A stretch of DNA of 64,000 bases from Balanoglossus misakiensis (taxonomy: Eukaryota > Animalia > Hemichordata). The number at the start of each line of letters is the position of its first letter. Position 1 is the first letter of the stretch. Shown here piece by piece: positions 15,970 to 29,300 of this stretch. The notes beneath the pieces were generated by a model that saw nothing but the letters and a program-made list of their open reading frames with translations, did no database searches and was not told the origin of the DNA. The stretch lies in contig CM082576.2 in assembly GCA_040954595.2 (NCBI GenBank), positions 5,120,760 through 5,184,759 of the forward strand. The letters run 5' to 3'. Made by a program: the position numbers and the translations under genes.

Positions 15970-18900
15970 ATGGCCAGAGACGTTACATTTGTTAGGTGAG
16001 TAGCCTTCGTTGTCGGGTGTTTTTTCTGGAAACAGTTTGTAAATCTCACGGGACGCGTCAGACTGACAACTTTCCCAACACAACCACGCAGTTTACACAC
16101 ACATCAACGTGGCAACTTGTATTATGACTGGATCAAGTAACAAGTGCTGTCATACCGGCGCGTTTGAATACCGGTATATGGTTTGGAAGATTCACTGAGC
16201 TGAGTTTGTACACTCTCTGAGATTTACATTGATATCGTGCCCATGGTTCTTTGCCTATACTTTAGAAGATACTACCCTGCGGGAGGGTGCTGGAGGGAGT
16301 GGTGGGGGAACGGTGGATTTTAAATCATTTTCATCATCATGACTGCCTTCATAGGTTTGAATGCACATTTTTGTAATATATTTGACGGCGAATAGTTACA
16401 AAACTGTATCTGTGTGGCAGTGAAGTAAAAGTCAGTTTTTGGTATGAATGAAGTTAAAGAATAACATTTGCTTAGCTAGCTTGCCTTCATAATGCCAACT
16501 GCTGTGTATCAACTTTGATTTGTCAATCTTCACACCACTTTGGGGACGTGTTGCATGCTTAAAATTAATTTGGAATGTATGTCATTTAAGAGGTGATATT
16601 AATTTGCAATACAACACCAAAACTGGCAATACAACACCACCCTGAAAGAAAAGTTGGTTTAGGTTTCTGTCAGTACCAGTCTTGGTAATAGCTGTGGAAT
16701 ACAAATGTACTGTCCAATACAACTCAAAAAGCCAACACTTACTGATATGCAATGTCTTGGGCAGAATCATCCTCATCCATAAATGTAGGTATATTCCTGT
16801 GTTTTAAACACAAGTACTTTCCTGAAGTTGAACAGGTTACCACTGTGATAACTGCAACAGGCTGTGGGACTCATAAAGTGAGATTAACTTTCATCCAGCA
16901 GATAGATCATAGTCCAGTTGCTCAATCAACTGTAAAGTTAACACCTGACTGAATGTATTGACATTTCAAACACTTTTTGCTTTCCTATTTATTCTGTGCC
17001 AGTATAATTTACATTATTATTTTTAGTGAATTCTGTGCTATTTGCAGAATCAAGTTATTAAAGTGCCAAATATGCATAATTTGTATTTAGGGAATACAAG
17101 GCCCAAAACGACCAATTTTGCTAATTGGAAGGAATTAAAATATATGCAAATTTACTCATTTTTAATGTACAAGTAATTATAAATTAATGGTATTAAATTA
17201 TACCGTGTAACGCATTTCTCAATTTCATAGTAAATGGAAAAGAATAATTGAAAAATACTGAGAATTCTATACAGTTTTATTCATATGATTGTCAGTGATG
17301 CCAGTCAGGAAAACTGTTGATTGAAACAGATCTTATTCGTGTTGAAATGAAAATAATTAAGCTTAAATTATTGAAGAAATGTACGTTGATTTTTGACGGT
17401 ACATATACATTGTACATGAACATATAACCTCAAAGGTCGGTGTCATGTCTATGCATTTTTGTCAGCATTATTATGCACAAAAACTGGTTCCATTATTCAA
17501 CACACTGCAGTAATTCCTGGCAGATCCTTGTTTCCATGGCAATGCAAGTGGTTCTCCCTGGGAGATGTGGACATGAAGAGTGAGAGTGATTTTGTTGTCA
17601 ACTACTCACTGATGGATTTTGGATATCATATATTCATTCTCAAGTTTATATTTTACAATTTGTCCATGTTGATATATCTGTTTAGCCAGTGTAAATAATT
17701 CTTGGAGAATATCTTATCAAAAGGAATGCTGTTTCCCTCTCAGTGTTCACGTGTGCAGCATAGAGTTATTTTGCGCACAATAAATTTAATTGATGGATTG
17801 ATTTTTCTGTGTGTAACACTTGTTGGCAACACTGTTCAGGTTCTTTGTATTACAGTACATGCCTATCAATTGAGGATTATATGTTCACTCTGATTAGAAG
17901 ATAATCATTAAAGTTTAGACATTGCTACAAAAATTCCCAATTCTAGTCATAGTGTGGTATTTGATTGTACAATGTAAATGGTACATTTTGTAAATGGTTG
18001 TTGGAATTACTGGTGAATACATCAGTACATAATATTGCCATAGATTTGAAAATAACGGTGACAAGTGTACACCATGGGTGCATAGCATGAGAGGGCTTGG
18101 GAGAAGGGGCCATTGACCGATACTGGGCTGGGCTGTTACTAGGTGGCTCCATGACCCAGTCATGACCTCTCTACTGTCTACAGGTGGAAGAGGTGTACTA
18201 AAATGATGGCCATACAGGGCACCATTGTCTGGAGGAATGGCAATAATGTTTTCCCCACTCCTAATTGGCCATTTTAACAATTTTTTTTGAGTCTTTTACG
18301 ACATATCTCTCTTTTTTGCCGTTTTAATTGCAGAATACTTTTGTACAGTGTGCTCTCGGTCAGCATTGTTTTCACAGCAGCAGCAGCCGAAGAAGCAGCA
18401 GCGTTAGAGGAAGAACATGAGGTCATCAAGAGAAGCACCCCAGACGATGATGGTCTGCTGGACTTTTGGATTGTGCGACTACTGCTAAACCTGGCTGGAT
18501 ATGCCTCTATCATCATTCCCGCGGCTCTGGTCATTAGGTACATTAAGAAAACAAATTTCCTGGAGAAAGGTGGTAAGTACCTGGTGGGCATTCCTCGCTT
18601 GACCTGGTCTTTTGTTGTGGGTTGACTCGGGTGTAGCCTTCTGCTGCAGGTTGTAAATAAGCAAGCGTTCTGCATCAGATGTTTGCTTTGTTTACAAAGC
18701 TCAGGAGGATCCAACGTTCACAATCTAACTTTAGTTATATTGTGCATTCCTTTGCACCTCAAATTAATTTTTCTGATGAAATATATCGGCCATGGATGAG
18801 TGAGTTTGCCCTCTTCACATAATTTACCCTGTTTGCATGCCAAATAGTAGTGCTTCGAGGCTTGATATTACAGACAAAGAAGAATATTTTACTGTGACAG

Positions 18901-21422
18901 CTATAATTCCCAGCTCGCAAAGCTGTGGATTTCTAGATCCTTTCCAGGACCAGGAGCATTCTAAACATTTAAGAATCCCGGCTTAATTAGAGTTTCCCAT
19001 GCGGTGCTTACACTTGTTCCCTGGCAAAGGATGGTCTGTGCGATGTGACATTCCCTGCCTCCATGTCATTTTGTAACACTTTTCCCGGACCTTGGTCTTT
19101 CAAATGAACACGCACCCAATCGCCTCATGCTGACGTTGTGGCTCACACAAATGATTTCGCAGCTGTTGGAACTATTTTACTGATGAATCAATATTTGGTG
19201 CATGTCAGCTGTTTCTTTGTTGTATCCTAAACCGAGGAAATACAATTGATGAATTTAGAATTTGTTGTGACAGCTTGGAGACCAAAAATAAGGTCTATGG
19301 CCGGCCACGTCAGAAGCAAGATGATGTAAGAATCTAATGATTTGTGGCTCACACATTGGAACACTCATTTCACACAGATTATATCATAACTTGATGGCAG
19401 ATTTAAATTTTATCTCATATTTTCATATAAGTGAACAAGGTGATATCTAACAAAGTCATGTCCACAATTCCATCCTCAATTTTTTGTATGGTATGTATGG
19501 CATAGTAAGTACATTGTACTAGAGGGAAAAATACAAATTTTGCTGACATTAAATTATGATGATAAATTTCCATGGTACAATGTACCAGTAACACGTCAGC
19601 AGAGATCGCCTAGGATAGGCAATGCTTCTGAAACTAAATTATTATTCATATTAATTTGAAATGCCTGCAGCAAGGTTTTTGCTAGGATACAGCTTGATAC
19701 ATGAGCTATTATAAAGCAATTGCTTCCAGTCTATGATGATCATGTGAAGCACAGTTTCACTCTCACTGTACGCTTCTGGCAAGGACAGAAAAATCTAAAG
19801 TTCACAGAGGATTAGTGTTTTCCTTTTTGGCAACATTATTTAAACAACCACAGCTACATTCTTGTCAATACTAATTATTGGACTCTGGCTCCTTCCATAT
19901 GTACAGTACAGATAAGAATACAGTGTACAATTGGGTTGGCTCTGGGTAAACCCAAGACCAATCTGGTTGGCCCATTGTAGCACATCATTGGCACACCTTA
20001 TTAGAACACAATTGGATGTACTATGCAAACAATAGTGGAATTTATAACACTGGGCCAAGGCAACCTGTTGTTAGCCCAGAGTTGTGTTGTAATGTAAAAA
20101 TTGACTATTTAGTCCACGTTATAGTTGTCTTTGTATAAGAATTTTATACATGTGACGATTAACTCCATGTCTGTGCTTATCCAGGAATTGGCCATGGACA
20201 TTTGTACCAGATGATTAAGATGTGTGTGTATGGAGCTGAAGAAGAAAAATCAAGTCTTGAAGAAGGACCCAAAATTACCACACCAGAAACACCTCAGGTG
20301 AACATTTCAGACCATTAGTACCTAATCACATTTAGACAAAAAAGATCATTTTTATGCCAAAATAGTAAATTCCGCATTACCGAAGTTTCACCCATGTTTT
20401 CTGTTCACTTTCTCTTGCAGTCGAGATATAGGCAGGGTGTTATTCTGATGTGCTGCGTTGCCGGTCTCCAAGGCTCCTACTTGACGTGGGGGGTGCTTCA
20501 AGAACGCATCATGGCTCATGACTACGGAAGCGAAGGGGACTCGGGGAGGTTCAAGAACTCGCAGTTCTTGGTTTTCATGAACAGAATCTCGGCATTCATG
20601 GCCGCCGGAGTCATCATGATGTTACGGAAACAACCGAGGCACACGGCGCCCATGTACAAATACTCCTACTCCTCGCTCTCCAACATCCTCAGCAGTTGGT
20701 GCCAATACGAAGCTCTCAAGTACGTCAGCTTTCCCACGCAGGTCATCGCCAAGGCGTCCAAGATCATCCCCGTCATGCTGATGGGCAAGGTGGTGTCGCG
20801 CAAGTCTTACGAGTATTACGAGTACGTCACGGCCGTGCTTATTTCGGTCGGCGTGGCGATGTTCCTCCTGTCGCAGTCGTCGGAGGACGGCGGCGCACTC
20901 ACCACGGTGACCACGGTGTCGGGCGTCATCATCATGATCGGCTACATGACCTTCGACAGCTTCACCTCGAACTGGCAGGCGGAACTCTTCAAACGCCACA
21001 AGATGTCCAGCATCCAGATGATGTTCGGCGTCAACCTCTTCTCCTGCCTCTTCACCTGCGGCTCCTTACTGGAGCAGGGAGGTTTCTTTGAAGCCATGGG
21101 CTTCATGACCCGCTACAGCCTCTTCACCTTCCACGTGATGCTGCTGTCCCTGTGCTCGGCCACCGGCCAGCTGTTCATCTTCTACACGATCGGCGAATTC
21201 GGCGCCGTCATCTTCACCATCATCATGACGACGAGGCAGGCGCTGGCCATCCTCCTCTCCTGTATCATATACAGCCATCCGCTGACCATGATCGGCATCT
21301 TCGGGGTCTTCATCGTTTTCCTGGCCCTCTTCTTGAGGGTTTACGCCCACAACAAGTCGAAGAACAAAGTGAAGAAGCCCCCACCACCTTTGGACCCCGA
21401 GGCTAACACCAGCAAAGTGTAG
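15970..21422 (+). CDS. SLC35B2: PAPS transporter 1 (slalom ortholog, nucleotide-sugar transporter family)
   Basis: Exons 15970-15995, 18334-18572, 20185-20297, 20421-21422 = 1380 nt, 459 aa. Signal-peptide-like N-terminus. Motifs: [88 protein letters not shown]. Confidence 0.95.
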
Positions 21423-23367
21423 AGAGGGGTCCCACTTTTATGCAATAACAGTCCTCGGTGTCAGAGTTGTCAGCATTTGGTTGATGGTGGGGGTAGACCA
21501 CATTTCAGGGTTTAGATTCTCATTGAAAATGGGAATTCAACATCCTGGATATCTTTCCACTGGGGTTTTAATTGAACAGTTTGGTGCCAATTTTAGATTT
21601 CACATTTGTAAAGTTATTTCACGTTGTGGGGAAAACGAATTGGGTAATACTGTGAAATATGAATGTTGATGACTCTGACATCAGGCAACTGTGACATACA
21701 TCTTGTGTACAGGTTGTTATTTATTTATTTGTACATTCCTGTATAATCTTCCCTTTGTAAAGTACATGTACCATCATGGTTGACTGCCACACATGTAGTG
21801 TGGCGAGTTCCGTCAAAGAAAAATAAGAAGAAGAAACCAAGAGCCCCAGCCACTTTTATTTTATAGTATTTTAAAGTCAACAGTAGGAGAAACTTATTTT
21901 GTGGACAATTATTTCTAATACTTGGGTTTTTATCTGGTATCTGGTGACAGTCTCGGTGGAAAAAAAAGCACAAATTCCCACTGCCAAAGATGGCCTGCCT
22001 GCTGACTCTGAATGTAGGTGAAATAATTCTGTGACGTCCTGTTGTTTCCTTGGTTTTAGTTTATGTGTGCTTCCATGATGTCATTTTGGGTCAATACACA
22101 TCCAAACTCATTTTAAGTGGAGGATGGGAAGTGGATTTGAGGTCAAACATGGTGACATTTGTCTGCCACGCATTTGTGTGTTAAATTATAATTAAATGTA
22201 AATGCAGCAAGTGCAATAAACTTTTCTCTCTTTTTTTGGAACTGAGAAATGTTGTCATAACAAAATCTGCAGGTACAAAAACAATGCAGAGAAAAATACT
22301 CAAACTACATTTTTTGAGCACAGGAAGATCATTCTTGTTATTATGTGGAATGTCCGCGCTCTTCACTAGATGACAGCCTCCTATGTGTGAAATATTAAAA
22401 TAAATTGATACAAATTGAAATATCAAAAATTATTTATTATATTAATGTACAAGAAAAATTAAGGAATTGCAATGTAATGAAAGAATTAGAAATTTGGAAT
22501 AGCTGGGGTCAAGTGAAACTACATACAGTAGTATGTGTAGTTCTAGACAGGCATTCATTGTACTATGGTGCTCATGAGTGCAGCTGCATGTTTTTTTGTG
22601 GTCACAGAATAAGGCAACAGCACATCCATTTTTTCTGACTGGGGACTAGAAGCAGGGCTTAGGTCACAGTTGCAAAAATATTCATGATCATCTTCGTAAA
22701 ATCTCCCAGGTGGGAGAGAGAGGCACTAGTTTATTGGTTTTAACTGTTTTCTTTGAACTGTATTTCTTATTTATCAGCAATTATACTTATTGTCAACTTT
22801 TTTTTAGTACATGTATTAATTTCTTTTTGAGAGATTAAGTGCCTTTCTAGAGGTGTTCTGAGAAAGCACTTCATTTTTGTGCATGGTCTTTACTTTGTAT
22901 GTAAATAATATAGAGAGAACTCTGGAGAAAAATTGTGGCAGTAAAAATCATTGACTGAAATCCAGTCTTGGATACATGTTGGCTCTATACACAGATTCGT
23001 TCTTCAATTCCTTGTATGTGTGTGTGTGTGTTGTGCAAGCTGTGTCCAACGTCACTTAGAGCTTCTGGATACCATTTGATCATTCCTTGAGTTGGGAATG
23101 CTGTTTGATTTTCTGGAGACTATTCTGTGCTAGTGTCTGTCTGGTATCTTGATGTTGCAGTTCTATTCAGACTCTATTCCACCATACCTGACCATACATA
23201 AATGTTGGTTGCAAGATCCAGTCACATTTTCCCGGAATTACATTATTCACATATATTGACCAGCCATGAAAGAAACAGCTGTCCCCTCCCCTCCCCAATC
23301 AGATGCAATTAAACAGGCATACGCAATATTCCTGTGTTACCAGTTTATTACTATTCCCAACTACAAT

Positions 23368-26300
23368 TCATTCCATCAAGGAAGCACAAAGCCAAAGGTG
23401 GGGTAACTTCCACTGTTCGTCCACAGCTCCACCATCATGCACGGGAATATGCCATGTCAATCCGTCTGTCTGTGCAATGGTTTCATGAATAAACGGTTGC
23501 TGAAAAGAGTAAGGGAAACGTTACTAGTCTTGCACATATAGCTATGCAATGACCTGACCATGTGACAAGGTTAGTGATCTATCTGTGTGCTGCCTGAGCC
23601 AATATGACACATACTAATAATCCATAATGCAAAAAATATTAAATATTAATTCCTAAAAATTGACCAGCAGTTTCCATAAATCATGTCAGTTTGAAAGGTT
23701 GACAGTGATATGGACAAAATTATAGTTCCCTCACCTGAAACTGTGGAGGCTGGTACTTTTTCATTTTGACTGGCACGTACTGGCGACTTCTCTGCCATTT
23801 CAAGAAATATTTGAGAGTCTGTGGAGAAAGCAAGGCTCTGTGGTCTCTCATCATGTCCCTGCTGACATAGATTGCTCTCTTGCCACTGTGTAGAGTTGCG
23901 TACAACAGGAAGGGATCGTCTTGAGACCTGTCCAAACGAAAATCATCCAGTATACATGAATAATCAAATAACGCGAGTACCCGGTAATCCCGAGCATTCT
24001 CCCAGCAAATTACCTGAAAACCCCTGAAGGTTACAATGATCTGCCCTTTTCATGAACCCTATTTGCTAGCAAGAGTCTGGTTGAACCACAAAGGTCCTGG
24101 CCAATATTAATAATGAAAATGTGGTGGAAATAGTAGAAGCTACATTGTTGCTTTCCTGCATCAGTGCATCACCATGGAAACTGCAAATGTCGCTCTGACA
24201 GAATGCGGTCCAGCGAAGTATGAACTTACACATTATCTGCAAAGAAACAATCGGCAATGTCTTGAATCCAGCTCATGTTATATTTGTGCCATCTCTTGCT
24301 ATGCCGCAACATATGTCGCCTTCCGATCACCAGCACTCGCTTTCCCAAATCCTCGGCGAAGTACACCACCACCTGTCTCAGCTACATAAAAACAGAAAGC
24401 AGAGTGTCAATCATGATGTCATAACAAACCTGTTCAGGTCAAACACAGGTGGGACTGATGAACTGAACTTTGTAGGGGTGGTCAGCACCCAATGTGGCTG
24501 AGGGTGCAGCAAGGTGGAAAGACTTCACAGTTCAATGAAGTTTTAACTGGACTCTACATAGTCTGGCAACTTGGTCCAGAAAAGCCTCGTTGGACTGAAC
24601 AAATTCCCTTTGTGTTCCTATTCACATAAAATCATTGCAATATGATTGGGCTATATGTTTGCAAGATGCTTTGTATTGGCTGTGCATGCCTAAATGCATG
24701 CATGTGGACATCAAAATGATTTGCCACAAACAGCAGCATAGAAGTAGAGAATAACTGAGTCATAATACAGCAAACGTAAATAATGAGATATCTTGTACCA
24801 GACTTATTTGGTTCACAGCAGCATTTATTTCGCATATGTTTAAAAGGATAAGACACACAAAAAAGCTGACTACGGCCTCGGGAAATAGCATATGATTCTG
24901 GTAACTCACAGCCCCTCGGGTGTAATAAACGGCTGATATGGCCCTCATGGCCAGGCAATAGGTGTTCACTATAGACTGGTTTATTGAAGTGGTGTCCCAC
25001 TTCTCTGAGGATCACAGAATATGACACATTTTGCCCAAAAGTTTAGACATTTTAATCTTAACATGATTTCACACAATAAATTTAAAGTGCACTATTTCAA
25101 CGTTGTTTTTATTTTGACATCAGACTGGGGTATATTCACTTGTTCATTTGATGTAAAATATTCTATGTACAGCACAGTTTTACTTGCTATCATTCAAGAT
25201 GAACACATATTTCATCTAGCATTTACAATCACACAGATAGTTCAATTATCACCAAAATAGCATCTCTGTTCAGTGATTTTTCTGTGCAATGAAAACCTTT
25301 TTGCCCAGCACACCCCTAGTTTCTTGTAGAATGGTCTATCTCATGATGTGGAACAATTGGAACGTTCCACTCCTAAGGTAATAATTAATTGGCAGGGTAT
25401 TTCCAGTTAAAGATGTGTAAAACTTCCTGCTTGTCATTTGCTGCAGATCTTCTATTCCTGTCCCTTGTTTTGTTGTTGCAAGAATTCATTGTACGCCTTC
25501 TCCTGTTGTTCGTATTTCTTGGTCAGTTTCTTGATCTGGTTGTTGCTGAGTGGTTCTCCAGATGCATCATGGGTAGGAATTCCCTTCAAATCAACAGAGA
25601 GAATAACATCAAAGTTTGTCGTGCAGGAGATCAACTTTGTGACGTTTTGTTTTGACAGTAGAAGAAACATTTTGGGCATCAATATAAGCTATATTTTACA
25701 ATAGCAAGGTTCCTATACAAGAAACATTTCATTCATCAAATGTGTTACAAGGAGACAGGTTTGAGATTGGTCTGATTTTCAGTGGGCTAGATTTACAATA
25801 TAGCCTGTACACTCTGAACAAGAGAGATTTAATACTCACCTTTTCATCAAACTTGGAGTACTTGTCAGTGTCATTTCTGAATAAATCTTTTGGCGAGACA
25901 CTCTGCAGGGCTGCCTTGGCAACCGATTTCTCCTCTTCCTTTCTTCTCGCCTCATCTTTCTTCTGTTTCTTCTCATCAGATTGCTGAGATGCACAGAAAC
26001 ATGTTTGCATCATCAAAATTTCCGAATGATATCATGAATAATCAGAATTTTACTTCTCTTTCATATTTGCCTAAAAGCTTGGGTCAGTACGCTGCATTAT
26101 TGAAAGCACACATATGATCTGCCCGGCCTACCTGTTTTGTGAGCTCCTTCTCTCTTTGGAGCTGATCCTTGTCTGCAAGTTTAACAACTGTTTGTTGGCC
26201 TTCACTATCTTCAAGTCTAACACCCAAGTCAGGCAGGATCTCATCTCTGACCGTGTCACACAGTTCTAACAACTCCTTGTCTGTAGTGTGAAGAGGGAGA

Positions 26301-29300
26301 AGACACTCTTGTAAAATAAATGAGGTGACCGGATTATTTCCTTGAGATGATTTTTTTCTAATAAACTTAGAATGGAGTCCAGGACCATGCCTATTATACA
26401 CAATCGCCTTATTCATTATAACAAGACGTTGATAGAGGGTACACTTGAATATGGAATTGTGTGTCATGAAAGGGAAAGTGTACAAAAAATTAAATTAATT
26501 AAGAATATTGAAACGTAAACATACTTTGTTCCAGCATTGCTTTCTGTCTCACCGTGTCTCTGAAATCAGCAAATGCTTTGATGTAGGGCATCACTGTTTC
26601 TTCAAGCTGTGGTGACACGAAAATAAAATGTTGTTTATGATAAAACACAGACTGTATTTTAATATTTTATCATAGCTAAAACAAACCTGAGCATCCAATT
26701 TAATACTGAAATTTTCAGTAATTTCAGTGAACATGAACACTGATTGAAAGCCATTCATGTTGAACTCACATTGACACTTTGTGCTCCAGAAGTAACGGGA
26801 AAGCCTATTGGGTCTTCTCCTTCGATGGCACCAAATGTCTGGAAGAAAATCAATCAGAATGCTGCTTACATGTCAGAAACAATAGGTGACAAACACTGCT
26901 CATTAGATGCCCTTGTGTCATTGCGTCTTGCACATAGGCAAACGTGCAACAAACAGAATAATTGCCATGGTTAAATTATTTCAATGTTTAGAATCTGAAA
27001 TAATCAGTAGCATTGGTAAATGACAGTGGTTGCATGTATCTGGTTGACTGCATTTTCAATATGGTTGAACTGAGCTACTGAAACCGAGATAGATTTTTTC
27101 ACACTAGGAGATCATTGTCTTGTTCTCAACAAACTGTGTGGAGTGAACAATATTCTGACATACCTTGAGAATCTTTGTGATGTACTCAGCGATGTTTTGC
27201 AGGAGTCCGTTATTGGGACGTTCACCAGCTTTCTTCTTGTCCTGGATGTAGACGTTGCCGAGGGAGACCAGCTCCCTGATGTGGTCCAGTGCGGTCTTTG
27301 TGTCAATGGAGTCACACAGAGCCTTGTGAACATCAGCTTTCTTGGTTTGGAATCTTTGCGAGATAAAATTGACAGAGATGTAAAAAAAGATGTAAAACAA
27401 GGTCATGCACAAAAATACCAACACAACCTCTATCACCTTCCAGAAAGATTTTTTCCCCTAATAATAAATATTCAACTTCACGATACTCACTGTTGAGAGA
27501 GTTTTAGTTCTGCATCGTTCCATTTGATAAACTGATCGGTACCAGTGGGAGTATTTCTCAAGATATCCTTCACCGACAGGAAGAACTCCTACATGTGAAG
27601 CAGAGAAAAATAATCACTCAACACCACACAGATTACAAAGATGAATTCATCACTTGTTCTAGTTTCAAAATACATGAAGCAACATGTGGTATTTAGCTTG
27701 CCAATGTGAGATCTAGGACCATTTTGATTGCGAGATCCGGGACCATATACAGATGTCCAAATTATCCCCTGTTTTATATCCACCCATACTCAAAGGATCC
27801 GTACTTACATTGAGTGTCTTTTCCACACGCACAGCAACCTCCATGGTTTTATCCGAGTAGTCCAGGGTGTCTTTCCAGGAGTGCAGCAAGAATGCAAATC
27901 TGAGCTGCCTGGCTGTGTTCTTCTGCAGGGCTTCTTTGATTGTGACAAAGTTCTTCAGGGACTTGGACATCTTGCATCCTTGTATGGTCAGGTGTCCGGA
28001 GTGGAGGAAGTATCTCACCCAGTGGTCATTGCCAAAGTGAGCCTTGGGGGAAATACAGACAGTTATAGAGGTCAGAATGGTTGGTGGGGGGGGGGGGATA
28101 CATGAACAACTGGCAAGCGCCGCAATAGCTGAGTTGATAAGGTGTCTAGATAGAGTGGAAAAAACTGCAAAGATTGGCCATAACTAGATTATTATACTTT
28201 CATGCACATTCTCCCTTGTCAACTCACCTCTCCCTGTGCAAGTTCGTTGTCATGGTGAGGGAACTTGAGATCAACCCCACCAGTGTGGATATCCAGGGAC
28301 TCACCGAGGATAGAGCTTGCCATGACAGAACACTCAATATGCCAACCTGGACGACCCTAAAAAATAAGATTAGTAGGGAACAATGAAACTCACACTGAAA
28401 ATGCAAAATATTGAAATCATTTTTGTGTTGTAGATGTATAGCAGACTTGCAAATCCAATGGTGTGAGCTAAAATTTGCCACATGATGTCCTTGGTCTTGG
28501 CTCATAAGGATTGCTCACCTTAGTTTGTATGGGGATCAAAAACAACATGCCATTGAAAACAACACGATTAACCAAATCATCAAGGTGGAATGGTTAAATA
28601 AAGAAAACCCACATAGTTATCACCATCTTTAATTCATAAAAGACGTAAAGTTTGGGTATAGATAGAGACAAATAATTTACCTTTCCCCAGGGAGAGTCCC
28701 ATGCTGGTTCTCCCGGCTTGGACGCTTTCCACAGAGCAAAATCCACCTGGGACTTCTTTTCATCCAACCTGTCCTGGGAAATACTGAGATCCCCCTCCCC
28801 TTCATGCAGGGCTTTGTAATCACCCACGGCCTCGGGCACCAACTTGGCGTAGCTATGGTCGTCACTGCTGTCGAATGCTGACACTGAGAAATACACTGAA
28901 CCATTGGACTCGTAGCTGCAAGAGACAAAGGTAGAAACAATGATATTGTAATGCTGCTGATTCTCGGTTGCAGAACAGAACTTGTTTTGCCTATTTGATG
29001 CAATTATGTTGGTAAACAGACTGATTTCTACTACTTTTTCTCATCAATCAAATCTGTCATCTTTCGCCAATAAAATCTGTAATTGGTTAATGACTTTCTG
29101 TAATACACAAAAAATTCTGCTATCTGTGTAAACTTTACGATGAAAGATTCATCGCTCCTCCGCTGGGGGAGCCTTTGAACGATGGAGCTTTCAGTCCATA
29201 AACATAAGTATGATTAAATCAGATTTGACTTTACTGAAGAGACAAAAGTAACATGTAAATGACAATCTTACCCGAAACCATTATCCAATATCTTCTGCAC

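Noticed and set aside
20622-21406. Overlapping alternative-frame and antisense ORFs (84-131 aa)
   Set aside because: By-product of high GC3 in the SLC35B2 exon; no recognisable protein.
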